Positions 48,071 to 58,012 of a DNA stretch of 64,000 nt are shown one piece after another. The stretch comes from Gammaproteobacteria bacterium (GTDB taxonomy: Bacteria > Pseudomonadota > Gammaproteobacteria > Eutrophobiales > Eutrophobiaceae): the NCBI GenBank assembly GCA_965243205.1, contig CBDEUK010000002.1, positions 160,001 through 224,000 on the forward strand. The letters run 5' to 3'. Position numbers and translations under genes: made by a program. The stretch's first letter is position 1. Every line of letters begins with the position of its first letter. The notes beneath the pieces were generated by a model. The model had not been told where the DNA came from and made no database searches. It saw only the letters and a program-made list of their open reading frames with translations.

Positions 48071-48922
48071 TTAAGATTTATCAACTTCATAAGTTTCAGA
48101 AAAAGCATTCTTCTTACTATCGGTTCCTTTCACAGTTATGGTACCTGCTTTATCCGGTATAAAATAAAATCGAAAAGCAGGATCCATACTTATAGAAAAA
48201 GTTAATTGTGCTTTCATAATGTTTTTACCATTAAAGTCGATTTCTAAATTATCGACAAAATGTGGTGGTGGCATAACACGTGAACCGATTCTTAATGGTT
48301 GCATACCTGTGATGCTTGGGTGTTTGATTTTTACTTGTACAAGATTAGGTTTACTGAATTCAAGATCACCAATAGTTTTAATTTTCATTTTACCTAAGTT
48401 AGCGAACGAATCATCGATGCTTTTTGGTGGTGGAGCTGAGCAAGCGCCGGAGGCACGTACAAAGCTCTTAGTCATATAAAGTTCACCGTTATTCATTTCT
48501 GCAATAGCGCGAACAAAAGTGAATTGATCAACACGAATTCGCATTGCTACATCAGCTTTGCCACTATCTGGTGTAAATTCAAAAATACCTACTAATGGAG
48601 TAGGGTTTTTATCAACGTATACATGTAATTTCTTTATGTATAAATCGGTTGTTTGATCTATTTTAGAATGAACTGAAACAGGAACAATAGCAGCATCTTC
48701 GGCACGGAACGGTGCTTTTAACTCAATAACGTTTTGGCCAGCACCTTCAATAATTTCTTTTTCACCAAACAATGCAGGCTTTAATTCTTCATTCCAGACT
48801 TTATCTGAAGCTTGTTGTCGAAAATCTGCAGGCATAACATCAGCAACGCTTACGAATGATGTTATTGACAATAGGGTACTAAAAACTACGATAGCGATAT
48901 GACTTTTAGTGATGTATTTCAT
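48071..48922 (-). CDS. Quinoprotein dehydrogenase-associated SoxYZ-like fusion carrier
   Basis: Signal peptide; AP.RAEDAAIVPV, D.NP.P, ASGACSAPP (SoxY-like Cys), SoxZ-like HP..TGMQ and SISMDP. Confidence 0.85.
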   Translation of the reverse strand: MKYITKSHIAIVVFSTLLSITSFVSVADVMPADFRQQASDKVWNEELKPALFGEKEIIEGAGQNVIELKAPFRAEDAAIVPVSVHSKIDQTTDLYIKKLHVYVDKNPTPLVGIFEFTPDSGKADVAMRIRVDQFTFVRAIAEMNNGELYMTKSFVRASGACSAPPPKSIDDSFANLGKMKIKTIGDLEFSKPNLVQVKIKHPSITGMQPLRIGSRVMPPPHFVDNLEIDFNGKNIMKAQLTFSISMDPAFRFYFIPDKAGTITVKGTDSKKNAFSETYEVDKS

Positions 48923-49229
48923 AATAGTTTCCTAATAAATAAAAATTTATAACTTCATCAATATATAGATAGATTAAATATTTATTTGTTCAATATATAA
49001 GGATATTTCGATATGTCAATATAAAAACGATGTATGACCGTATAATTTTTATTAAGATTAAGTAATATCTTAGAGAGTCATTTATAGATATCATCTTATT
49101 GTATGTTCATGAATAGATTGAAGGCTCATGATATAGAATGAAAACAAGATAATTTATAAATGATCATGAAGTATGCCATATTGCGTTGCAATATTAGTCG
49201 TCTTGTACAATCAATTTATTTATTAAATA

Positions 49230-49270
49230 TTTAGGAAATTTTCTTGCTAATAAAATAAAAATTTCCTAAA
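49230..49270. promoter_or_regulatory. 13-bp perfect inverted repeat upstream of xoxF
   Basis: TTTAGGAAATTTT-N15-AAAATTTCCTAAA. Confidence 0.5.
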
Positions 49271-49459
49271 ATTCCCAAACTTAGTATTTGAAGTGCTTAC
49301 GAAAAATAATAATACATATCTTAACTTACAAGAATGTTTTTTCGTAAATTTCCTGTAATAGGTTTGCGCAGAAATAAAACGAGAAACAACTGCCGAATGA
49401 AGATTGGTTTGTTAATCCTAAAATATAGACATATTAGATCTAACGCTTTTCAAACTAAT

Positions 49460-49609
49460 AGCTTAGTGAACGCTACGGCTTTATTAAGCTTGTGCCAATT
49501 TTTCATTAGTCATTTCCAACGAATTCATCATATTTATAAAAGTTTTAAACGCTCTTCGGTGCTTTTTGATCTCGAGGTACCGACGGGTTTGTACTCTTTA
49601 CGAGATCAA
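49460..49609 (+). other. Structured 5' leader of xoxF (candidate cis-regulatory RNA)
   Basis: Hairpin 49460-49490 with G-U pairs and cUACGg loop; weak cUUCGg hairpin near 49548-49566; hairpin 49566-49609 closed by TTGATCTCG/CGAGATCAA. Confidence 0.5.
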
Positions 49610-49641
49610 CACATGATCAACTAAATCTAGAGGAGGAGGTC

Positions 49642-51609
49642 ATGAGTAAATTAACTTTAAAATCAGCGATTATCGCTGCCGTTGCTCTAGCGGTTCCTAT
49701 GTCAGCATCAGCAAACGACGAAGTTCGTGCGTTGAGTGACAATCCGAACTACTGGGCATACCCTGGCGGTAACTACAACAACTGGCGTTATTCAGAGTTG
49801 AAACAAATCAACACTGGCAATGCTAGCAAAGTAGTTGCAGCTTGGACATTCTCAACAGGTCGTCTACAAGGTCACGAAGGTGGTCCATTGGTATTACCTA
49901 CCAGTGCTACTGGTTTACCTCATGACACCTTATACATCCATTCATCATTCCCGAATGATGTTTTCGCGATTAACTTAGACACTTTCGAAATCGTTTGGTC
50001 TTTCGAGCCACAACAAGACGAAGCTGAAACTGTTCCAGTTATGTGCTGCGACATTGTTAACCGTGGTTTAGGTTATTCAATGGGTCAAATCTACTTACAA
50101 CAAGCTGACACCAAATTAGTTGCTTTGAATGCTAAAACTGGTGAAGTAGTTTGGGACGTCTTCCAAGGTAGTGAGGTCGTTGGTGACCTTAACTCTAAAG
50201 AAGGTCGTGGCGTAAGCCCTGCAAGTGGTATGACCAACACCAACGCTCCACATCCTATTAAAGACAAAGTCTTCACAGGTTGTTCTGGTGCGGAATTCGG
50301 TGTTCGTTGCTGGATGGCTGCTTACAATGCGAAAGATGGTTCTTTAGCATGGCGCGCATTCTCAATGGGTCCTGATGAAGATATCCTTTTCGACGCTAAC
50401 ACCACATCTTTAGGTAAAAAAGTGGGTAAAAACTCATCTTTAAACACCTGGTGTGCAAACAGTGATTGGAAAGCTCCTGCGACTGGTCCTAACAAATGTA
50501 AGTCTCTAAGTGAGCAATGGAAATCAGGTGGTGGTTCTGTTTGGGGTTGGTGGCCTGCTGACTTCGATGAAAACCTAATGTATTACGGTTCAGGTAACCC
50601 ATCTACTTGGAACCCAGTTGTACGTCCGGGTGACAACAAATGGTCTATGACTATTTTTGCTCGTGACATCGACACAGGTGTTGCTCGTTGGGCTTATCAA
50701 ATGACTCCACATGATGAGTGGGATTATGACGGTATTAACGAAATGATCCTTGCTGACATGAAAGTTAAAGGCAAAATGCGTAAAGCATTAGTTCACTTTG
50801 ACCGTAATGGTTATGGTTACACCATGGACCGAGTTTCTGGTGAATTATTAGTTGCTGAGAAATACGACCCTGCGGTTAACTGGTCAACTCATATCGATAT
50901 GAAAACTGGTTACCCACAAACTTTAAATCAATATTCTACTCACTATAACGGTGAAGATGTTGTATCTAAAGACGTATGTCCTGCTGCTCTAGGTACCAAA
51001 GACCAACAACCTGCGGCTTATAGCCCACGTACAGGTCTTTTCTATGTTCCTACAAACCACGTTTGTATGACCTATGAGCCTGTATCTTATGCGGCTGGTG
51101 GTAACCAATACGTTGCTGGTCAAGCTTACGTTAACGCTAACTTAACCATGTATCCTGCTGGTGCTGTATGCCCAGATTGCCCTAACAATAACGCTGCTAA
51201 AGACAACATGGGTAACATGATTGCTTGGGATGCGGACAAAGGCAAAATCGTATGGTCTATTGCTGAGCAATGGTCTGTATGGTCTGGTGTTTTAGCAACC
51301 GCTGGTGACGTAGTTTACTACGGTACATTAGATTCATACGCTAAAGCAGTTGATGCGAAATCTGGTAAGCTTCTTTGGAAATTCAAAACTCCATCAGGCA
51401 TTATCGGTAACTTCAACACATGGGCACACAAAGGCAAACAATACGTTGGTATCCTTTCAGGTATCGGCGGTTGGGCTGGTGCTGTTGTTGCTATCCCAGG
51501 CTTAGCGGCTGCTCCAGGTGAAGCGGCTCTAGGTGCGGTTGGTGGTTATCGTAAACTATTGAACTCTGCTCGTAACAGTGGTGTTCTAATGGTTTTCTCA
51601 TTGCCATAA
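49642..51609 (+). CDS. xoxF: Lanthanide-dependent PQQ methanol dehydrogenase XoxF
   Basis: Signal peptide; vicinal CC (135-136), E218, N319, HDEWDYDG with D361 and Ln-ligand D363; RBS AGGAGGAGG; no mxaI nearby. Confidence 0.93.
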   Translation: MSKLTLKSAIIAAVALAVPMSASANDEVRALSDNPNYWAYPGGNYNNWRYSELKQINTGNASKVVAAWTFSTGRLQGHEGGPLVLPTSATGLPHDTLYIHSSFPNDVFAINLDTFEIVWSFEPQQDEAETVPVMCCDIVNRGLGYSMGQIYLQQADTKLVALNAKTGEVVWDVFQGSEVVGDLNSKEGRGVSPASGMTNTNAPHPIKDKVFTGCSGAEFGVRCWMAAYNAKDGSLAWRAFSMGPDEDILFDANTTSLGKKVGKNSSLNTWCANSDWKAPATGPNKCKSLSEQWKSGGGSVWGWWPADFDENLMYYGSGNPSTWNPVVRPGDNKWSMTIFARDIDTGVARWAYQMTPHDEWDYDGINEMILADMKVKGKMRKALVHFDRNGYGYTMDRVSGELLVAEKYDPAVNWSTHIDMKTGYPQTLNQYSTHYNGEDVVSKDVCPAALGTKDQQPAAYSPRTGLFYVPTNHVCMTYEPVSYAAGGNQYVAGQAYVNANLTMYPAGAVCPDCPNNNAAKDNMGNMIAWDADKGKIVWSIAEQWSVWSGVLATAGDVVYYGTLDSYAKAVDAKSGKLLWKFKTPSGIIGNFNTWAHKGKQYVGILSGIGGWAGAVVAIPGLAAAPGEAALGAVGGYRKLLNSARNSGVLMVFSLP

Positions 51610-51649
51610 GCAACATAGTTTAAGGAACTTAATGTTCCTATAAGACTAG

Positions 51650-51676
51650 AAACCCCGACTTCGGTCGGGGTTTTTT
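51650..51676 (+). terminator. Strong intrinsic terminator after xoxF
   Basis: AAACCCCGAC-TTCG-GTCGGGGTTTTTT. Confidence 0.92.
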
Positions 51677-51838
51677 ATTATTTGTTTAGAACAATCGTTG
51701 TAAAGAAAGAACTCAAACAATCTAACTTTGTCAGAGTTAGCCAAGGCGCGGGAAAAAATCAGACATTTGTAATGTGGTTTCTATGTTAAAATTTGATTTT
51801 TTATATGCGATAGAAACTAACTAAACAGGAATACTAAA

Positions 51839-52717
51839 ATGAAACTAATTACTGCATTTACTTTGTTATTAATGACAATTTCAAATGTTTCGTCAGCTGC
51901 TACAGGACCAGATTATGAAAATGGTATATTAAAAGTTTGTGCCGATCCCTACATGCTACCTTTCTCTAATCAAGAAGGTGAAGGATATGAAAATAAAATA
52001 GCAGAACTGATGGCTGATAAATTAGGCATGGAGTTGCAGTATGAATTTTTTCCACAGCGTATGGGGTTTATACGCAATAGTTTAAAAAAAGAAAATGACA
52101 GTGGTGGCTATAATTGTGACTTAGTGATTACTGTGCCAGAAAAATTCGAACTGGCATCAGCAACGGATGCTTATTATACAACCACATATTCTTTGGCCTA
52201 TGTGAAAGGTAGGAATTTGGACGGCTTAACCGACCCTGAAGATCTAAAAGATATGGTTGAGAAAAATAATATTGATTTAAAGTTTGGTATTTCTGATAGA
52301 GGTCCTCAACAACTTTGGCTTTTCTATCAAAATTTAATGCAATATATGAAGACTTACCAAGGCCAGCCTGGAGATATTAAAGTTCATCCAGGTCAAAAAA
52401 TGATGGAGGCATTAGCAAAGGGTGATATTGATGCAACAATCGTGTGGGGACCGACCGCAGCTTATTATGCTAGAGAATATAAAGATCAGGCTGAAATAGT
52501 TTTATTGCCTATAAAAAATCTGAAAGAGAATGCTGAAGGACGTTTTGAGTACAGTATGTCTATGGCTGTACGCTATGGTGAAAAAGAATGGAAAGAAAAA
52601 ATCCAAAAAACAATTAATGAAAACATTGATGGCATTCATGCAATCTTAAATGAGTATGGTGTACCATTGATTGAAAGAACTACTCCGAAACAAACTGATG
52701 AGGACGATGATGATTAA
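51839..52717 (+). CDS. xoxJ: XoxJ/MxaJ-family periplasmic binding protein
   Basis: LKVCADP..LPFSN..GEGYENKIAEL, PQRMGFIR, VWGP.A.Y, MAVRYGE; next to xoxF. Confidence 0.9.
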   Translation: MKLITAFTLLLMTISNVSSAATGPDYENGILKVCADPYMLPFSNQEGEGYENKIAELMADKLGMELQYEFFPQRMGFIRNSLKKENDSGGYNCDLVITVPEKFELASATDAYYTTTYSLAYVKGRNLDGLTDPEDLKDMVEKNNIDLKFGISDRGPQQLWLFYQNLMQYMKTYQGQPGDIKVHPGQKMMEALAKGDIDATIVWGPTAAYYAREYKDQAEIVLLPIKNLKENAEGRFEYSMSMAVRYGEKEWKEKIQKTINENIDGIHAILNEYGVPLIERTTPKQTDEDDDD

Positions 52718-53483
52718 TAATAAATTATTGGTAGCTACGTTTTTAGTATTAACCGCTACTGTATCACTAACCAATGCAGGGCCTGTTCCTGGCAAAGAAA
52801 AGCAGGAGATGACTCAGGAAGAGATCGATAAAACAATGGGACGAATGGGTGAGGTCGATGAAATTCCAGAGGGTTTTCAATTTTCTGAGATGGAAGTTCA
52901 ATTATGGCAAACGAATCACCTAGACAATATTACATCACCTGTAAGATTATATTATGAGTTTTCTAAAACAGGATCCTATGAAGAAGGATTTGAAGATTCA
53001 GTATTCCTTGATGTCTTACAATTAAACGATGACGGTTCAAAAAATACTAACCTTGAATTCTTTACAGGTGAAAGAGCACAATCTATTCGTCCAGATAATG
53101 TTACTAATGTTACAGGAAATCCAATTTTAGGGATTTTCATGCAAGGTGATATGTACGAAATGGATCGTTTTACAGGAGGTAGCTGGCGGCACTTCATGAA
53201 ACAGATGAAGATATCTTTTCGTGAAGATGGAAAAGTTGAACCTGTTACGTTTGAATATAATGGCAAAACTGTTAATGGAAAAAAATACAGTGTGCAACCG
53301 TTTTTAAAGGATGAAAGAAAACGACAATATGAAGAGTTTGCTAATAAGGTTTATGAGTTTACATTTTCTGATGAAGTACCGGGTCAGTTATATGAAATTC
53401 ATACTTTAATTGCTGGTAAGGAAGGCGATACTGAACCATATGTCGAAGAAAAACTGACGTTAGTTGAAGTAACTAAAGAATAA
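52707..53483 (+). CDS. Exported hypothetical protein coupled to xoxJ
   Basis: Signal peptide; HL.NI, EEGFED, GNP, VPGQLY; start overlaps xoxJ stop; no CxxCH. Confidence 0.7.
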   Translation: MMINNKLLVATFLVLTATVSLTNAGPVPGKEKQEMTQEEIDKTMGRMGEVDEIPEGFQFSEMEVQLWQTNHLDNITSPVRLYYEFSKTGSYEEGFEDSVFLDVLQLNDDGSKNTNLEFFTGERAQSIRPDNVTNVTGNPILGIFMQGDMYEMDRFTGGSWRHFMKQMKISFREDGKVEPVTFEYNGKTVNGKKYSVQPFLKDERKRQYEEFANKVYEFTFSDEVPGQLYEIHTLIAGKEGDTEPYVEEKLTLVEVTKE

Positions 53484-53512
53484 GAAAAGATAGTAGATTA
53501 ATTACGTAAGTT

Positions 53513-53543
53513 ATAAAAAAGCCCCTATAAGGGGCTTTTTTAT
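53513..53543. terminator. Bidirectional intrinsic terminator
   Basis: ATAAAAAAGCCCCT-ATA-AGGGGCTTTTTTAT between convergent operons. Confidence 0.88.
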
Positions 53544-53564
53544 TGTTTCAGGTTTTATAAAAAA

Positions 53565-56315
53565 TTAACTAACAGAAACTTTAACTGCACAATATTTAAA
53601 CTCAGGGATTTTTCCATATGGATCCAGAGCTTCATTAGTGAGTAAATTTGCAGCCGCTTCATTATAGGCAAATGGGATAAAGATATTTTTGCGTTGTAAT
53701 CCTGCATCAGGTCTTACTTTAGCAATAATTTCTCCTCGTCTTGATGCAACTTTCACATCATCACCGAGCTTTATACCGTGTTCTTGCATATCTAATGGAT
53801 GAATCGAGATGGTTGCAGCAGATTCTATTTCATCAAGTTTACTAGCTGAACGTGTCATGGAGCCAGTATGCCAATGTTCAAGTTGGCGTCCTGTAATAAG
53901 TACAAATGGATAGTCATCATCTGGTAACTCATCGGCTTTAGTTGGTGTTGCCGGGACGAATTTAGCTTTACCATTTGCAGTTGGGAAGCCATCGATAAAA
54001 ATCACTGGTTCACCAGAGTCACCTTCGTTTTCTAGTGGATAGGTTAAAGAATCTTCTGCTTCAAGTCGCTCCCAGGTGATACCTGCCATGCTTGGAACTG
54101 CTTTACGAATTTCAGCGAAGACATCTGCTGGGCCAGAATAGTTCCAGCCTAAGCCAAGTCTATTTGCAAGCTCTTGGATAATCCATAGATCTTGTTTTGC
54201 ATCGCCTGGAGGATTAACCGCCTGACGACCTATTTGAACTCGACGGTCTGTATTAGTGAAAGTACCATCTTTTTCAGGGAAAGCAGAAGCTGGTAGTACT
54301 ACATCAGCAAAGCCTGCTGTTTCAGTTAAGAAGATATCTTGAACCACTAAATGATCTAACATCGCTAATGCATGACGGGCATGGTTTAAATCTGGATCAG
54401 ACATGGCTGGGTTTTCACCCATTATGTACATACCATTTAATTTACCATCATGAATAGCGTGCATGATTTCTACAACGGTCAGTCCTGGATTTGGATCTAA
54501 TTCAGTATTCCAAAGATCTTCAAAAGATTTACGGATATCGTCGTTAGCAACAGGTTGGTAATCAGGGTATACCATTGGTATAAGGCCAACATCTGAAGCG
54601 CCTTGTACGTTATTTTGTCCGCGAAGAGGATGTAAACCAGTACTTTCACGACCAATTTGTCCAGTCATCAGTGATAAGGCAATTAAACAACGTGTATTAT
54701 CGGTTCCATGAACATGTTGTGAAATACCCATACCCCAGAAAATAATCGCTGTTTCAGCAGTTGCGTAGGTTCTTGCAACTTCTCGTATCCTATCTGGTTC
54801 AATACCACAGATTTGACTGGCTACTTCAGGAGTAAAATCTTTTACATTTTCTTTGATCGCTTCAAAGTTTTCTGTGTATTTAGCAATGTATTCATCATTT
54901 TGCAGGCCTTCTGAAATGATGACATTCATCATCCCATTTAATAGAGCAACATCACTTGAAGGGCGTATTTGTAAGAAGTGGCTCGCATGTCTTGCTATTT
55001 GTGATTCATAAGGTTCAATCACAATTAATTTTTTACCACGCTTGGTAGCATTCTTTAACCATGTTGCAGCAACAGGGTGGTTTACAGTTGGTCTTGAACC
55101 TATGACGATAATAACGTCAGAATCTGCTCCATCCGCTACTTGATTTGAAACAGCCCCAGAACCTATACCTTCTAATAGTGCTGCAACTGATGATGCATGA
55201 CACATACGAGTACAGTGATCGACATTATTTGTATGAAAGCCAGTCCGTACTAATTTTTGAAATAGATAAGCTTCTTCATTCGAACCTTTTGCTGAACCAA
55301 ATCCTGCTAAAGCATTTGGACCTTTTTCATCGAGGACTTTTTTCAACCCTTCTGCAGCAAAGTCTAATGCTTCATCCCAACTAGCTTCCCGGAAATATTT
55401 ATCAACATCTTCGCGAGGTATAATGTCTGCAGTTTTTGCAACGCCTTCTCTACGAATTAGCGGTTTAGTCAAACGGGTAGGGTTGTGGATGTAATCAAAA
55501 CCATATCGTCCTTTAACACAGAGACGACTCATATTGGTTTCACCATTACGACCATCAACGTATTTAATTTTATCGTCTTTTACATTGAATGTTAGAAGAC
55601 AGCCAACACCACAGTATGGGCAAACCGACTCGACTTTTTTATCCGGTTCAATTAAACCAACATTGTCTGCTGGCATTAAAGCACCAGTTGGACAAGCTTG
55701 AACACATTCACCACAAGCAACACAAGTGCTATCGCCCATAGGATCTTTTAAGTCGAATACAATCTCAGAGTGATGACCTCGGTTAGCATAACCAATGACG
55801 TCATTGACTTGTTCTTCACGACAGGCACGTACACAACGAGTACATTGAATACAGGCATCTAGATTTACAGCAATGGCAGGGTGTGATAGATCCGCTTTAG
55901 GTTGTTCACGTGATTCAAAGCGGGGGTTAGATACTTCAAGCTTTTCCGCCCAATAATCTAACTCAGAGTTATTATTGTATGGTGACTTGCCTTGGTCAGG
56001 CATATCAGAAAGTAATAACTCTAGAATCATTTTTTGTGAGTGAACGGCACGTTCATTGTCGCTCGTAACTTTCATATCTTCAGAAGGCTTACGGCAACAA
56101 GAAGGAGCTAAGACTCGTTCTCCATCAATTTCTACCATACAGGCACGACAGTTACCATCAGGACGGTAGCCATCTTTGTAACATAGGTGAGGTATTTCGA
56201 TATCGTTTCGTTTTGCCGCTTGAAGAATGGTTTCATCACCATAAGCTTCGATGGTTTCACCGTTTAAGGTAAAGCGGGTTACGGGTTCATTCATATAATC
56301 TGGATTTGCAGCCAT
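53565..56315 (-). CDS. NAD-dependent formate dehydrogenase alpha subunit (Mo/W-bisPGD, Cys ligand)
   Basis: N-terminal 2Fe-2S and 4Fe-4S motifs, CPYCGVGC, DHCTRMCHASS, LRGQNNVQG, PEFKYCAV. Confidence 0.93.
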   Translation of the reverse strand: MAANPDYMNEPVTRFTLNGETIEAYGDETILQAAKRNDIEIPHLCYKDGYRPDGNCRACMVEIDGERVLAPSCCRKPSEDMKVTSDNERAVHSQKMILELLLSDMPDQGKSPYNNNSELDYWAEKLEVSNPRFESREQPKADLSHPAIAVNLDACIQCTRCVRACREEQVNDVIGYANRGHHSEIVFDLKDPMGDSTCVACGECVQACPTGALMPADNVGLIEPDKKVESVCPYCGVGCLLTFNVKDDKIKYVDGRNGETNMSRLCVKGRYGFDYIHNPTRLTKPLIRREGVAKTADIIPREDVDKYFREASWDEALDFAAEGLKKVLDEKGPNALAGFGSAKGSNEEAYLFQKLVRTGFHTNNVDHCTRMCHASSVAALLEGIGSGAVSNQVADGADSDVIIVIGSRPTVNHPVAATWLKNATKRGKKLIVIEPYESQIARHASHFLQIRPSSDVALLNGMMNVIISEGLQNDEYIAKYTENFEAIKENVKDFTPEVASQICGIEPDRIREVARTYATAETAIIFWGMGISQHVHGTDNTRCLIALSLMTGQIGRESTGLHPLRGQNNVQGASDVGLIPMVYPDYQPVANDDIRKSFEDLWNTELDPNPGLTVVEIMHAIHDGKLNGMYIMGENPAMSDPDLNHARHALAMLDHLVVQDIFLTETAGFADVVLPASAFPEKDGTFTNTDRRVQIGRQAVNPPGDAKQDLWIIQELANRLGLGWNYSGPADVFAEIRKAVPSMAGITWERLEAEDSLTYPLENEGDSGEPVIFIDGFPTANGKAKFVPATPTKADELPDDDYPFVLITGRQLEHWHTGSMTRSASKLDEIESAATISIHPLDMQEHGIKLGDDVKVASRRGEIIAKVRPDAGLQRKNIFIPFAYNEAAANLLTNEALDPYGKIPEFKYCAVKVSVS

Positions 56316-56326
56316 AACAACTCTTC

Positions 56327-57991
56327 CTACTTAAATTCTTCTGGAAAATATTTGATAGCACAACGTAATGGGTTTGGAGCAGCTTGTCCTAAACCACAGA
56401 TTGAGGCATCGACCATTGCGGTTGCTAACTCTTCTAACAATGGTTTATCCCAATCTTGTTTTTCCATTAACTTAACCGCTTTTGATGTTCCTACGCGACA
56501 TGGCGTACATTGACCACAGGATTCATCTTCAAAGAAACGCATTGCATTTAAAGCAGCTTGTTTTGCACTGTCTTTATCGGATAAGACAATAATTGCTGCT
56601 GAACCAATAAAACAGCCATGTGGTTGTAAGGTATCAAAATCTAAAGGCACATCACCTAGTTCCGCAGGTAAAATCCCGCCCGATGCGCCGCCTGGGAAGT
56701 AACCATAGAACTCATGGCCATCTAACATACCGCCACAATATTCTTCAATTAACTCTTTCATGGTGATACCTGCTGGTGCTAGATGTACACCAGGATTTTT
56801 TACGCGACCACTGACAGAGAAACTTCGTAAGCCTTTACGATCATGTCGGCCGTGAGAAGCAAACCAATCAGCACCTTTTTCAATAATCTCTCGAACCCAA
56901 TGCATGGTTTCCATATTTTGCTCAAGGGTAGGGCGACCGAATAAACCTACTTGTGCAACATATGGCGGACGTAAACGCGGCATGCCTTTTTTACCTTCAA
57001 TGGATTCAATCATCGCAGACTCCTCACCACAAATATAAGCGCCTGCACCACGACGTAAATAAATTTCAGGAAGCTCACCAGGAGGGTTTGCTTTGAGTTT
57101 TTCTATTTCTTGTTCTAAGAGTTCTCGACAAGCTGCATACTCATCACGCAAGTAAAGATAAATTTTGTCAGCTTGAATAGCCCAATGAGCGATTAATGTA
57201 CCTTCGATGAATCGATGAGGATCGTGTTCTAAATAATAACGATCTTTAAATGTTCCTGGCTCACCTTCGTCAATATTAATGGCGATCATTTTAGGGGTCG
57301 GTTGTTCGTTAAGGATTCGCCATTTACGCCCTGTTGGGAAACCTGCTCCACCCAAACCGCGTAAGTTAGAGTTTTCCATTAAAGCAATTATATCTTCGCG
57401 TTTATGTTTTCCATTAACACAATCTTGCCAAAGTTGATAACCGCCATTCTTTTTGTAGTCTTCAAATTGGATTGCTTCGTTAAGCGATTCAGGAGAAGTG
57501 GATTTTGCTTTTGCTAATTCAACAACTTGTTCTTTACTTGCCTTTGCAACAGGGTTCATGCCGACAACAGCGACAGGAGCATCGGCGCATCGACCGACAC
57601 AAGGCACAGGTTGAATACGAACATTTTCAATGTTTTCTGATTCTAATTGTGTGATTAATTCTTTACCACCAAACATTTCACAACTAACTGAATCACAAAC
57701 ACGGACAGTTAATTCGGGTGGAGGAGTTTCATTTTCTTTGATGACATCGAAATGATGATAAAAAGTGGCGGTTTCATAAACTTCTGCCATGGAGAGCTTC
57801 ATTTCAAAAGCCAATGCTTCTAAATGACGAGATGACAGATGTTGGAATTTATCTTGAAGTTTATGTAGGTGTTCAATTAGATAATCACTTGCTCGTGACT
57901 CATCACCTAAAAGTTCACGAACTTCTCTCAGCGCATCTTGGTTAATTACGCGATCTTTTGCGCGTATTCTATTACTTCGTGTTTGTTTCAC
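56327..57991 (-). CDS. Formate dehydrogenase beta (NuoE-NuoF-like diaphorase) subunit
   Basis: EVYETATFY, C..C/CVGRC, LRGLGGAGFP, DEGEPGTFKDR, GAGAYICGEE, ESCGQCTPCR. Confidence 0.92.
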   Translation of the reverse strand: MKQTRSNRIRAKDRVINQDALREVRELLGDESRASDYLIEHLHKLQDKFQHLSSRHLEALAFEMKLSMAEVYETATFYHHFDVIKENETPPPELTVRVCDSVSCEMFGGKELITQLESENIENVRIQPVPCVGRCADAPVAVVGMNPVAKASKEQVVELAKAKSTSPESLNEAIQFEDYKKNGGYQLWQDCVNGKHKREDIIALMENSNLRGLGGAGFPTGRKWRILNEQPTPKMIAINIDEGEPGTFKDRYYLEHDPHRFIEGTLIAHWAIQADKIYLYLRDEYAACRELLEQEIEKLKANPPGELPEIYLRRGAGAYICGEESAMIESIEGKKGMPRLRPPYVAQVGLFGRPTLEQNMETMHWVREIIEKGADWFASHGRHDRKGLRSFSVSGRVKNPGVHLAPAGITMKELIEEYCGGMLDGHEFYGYFPGGASGGILPAELGDVPLDFDTLQPHGCFIGSAAIIVLSDKDSAKQAALNAMRFFEDESCGQCTPCRVGTSKAVKLMEKQDWDKPLLEELATAMVDASICGLGQAAPNPLRCAIKYFPEEFK

Positions 57992-58012
57992 GTAGAGTTC
58001 CCGTTGGTCTAT

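Noticed and set aside
48071-48922. Sulfur oxidation (Sox) pathway
   Set aside because: Fused SoxYZ-like protein lacks the terminal GGCGG arm, and no soxABX or soxCD genes are present
49334-49624. 96-aa ORF upstream of xoxF
   Set aside because: No RBS, no recognisable motif, atypical composition; better explained as promoter and leader sequence
49642-51609. Calcium-dependent MxaF
   Set aside because: Active-site motif is DYD rather than DYA/DFA, and no mxaI, mxaG or mxaACKL is adjacent
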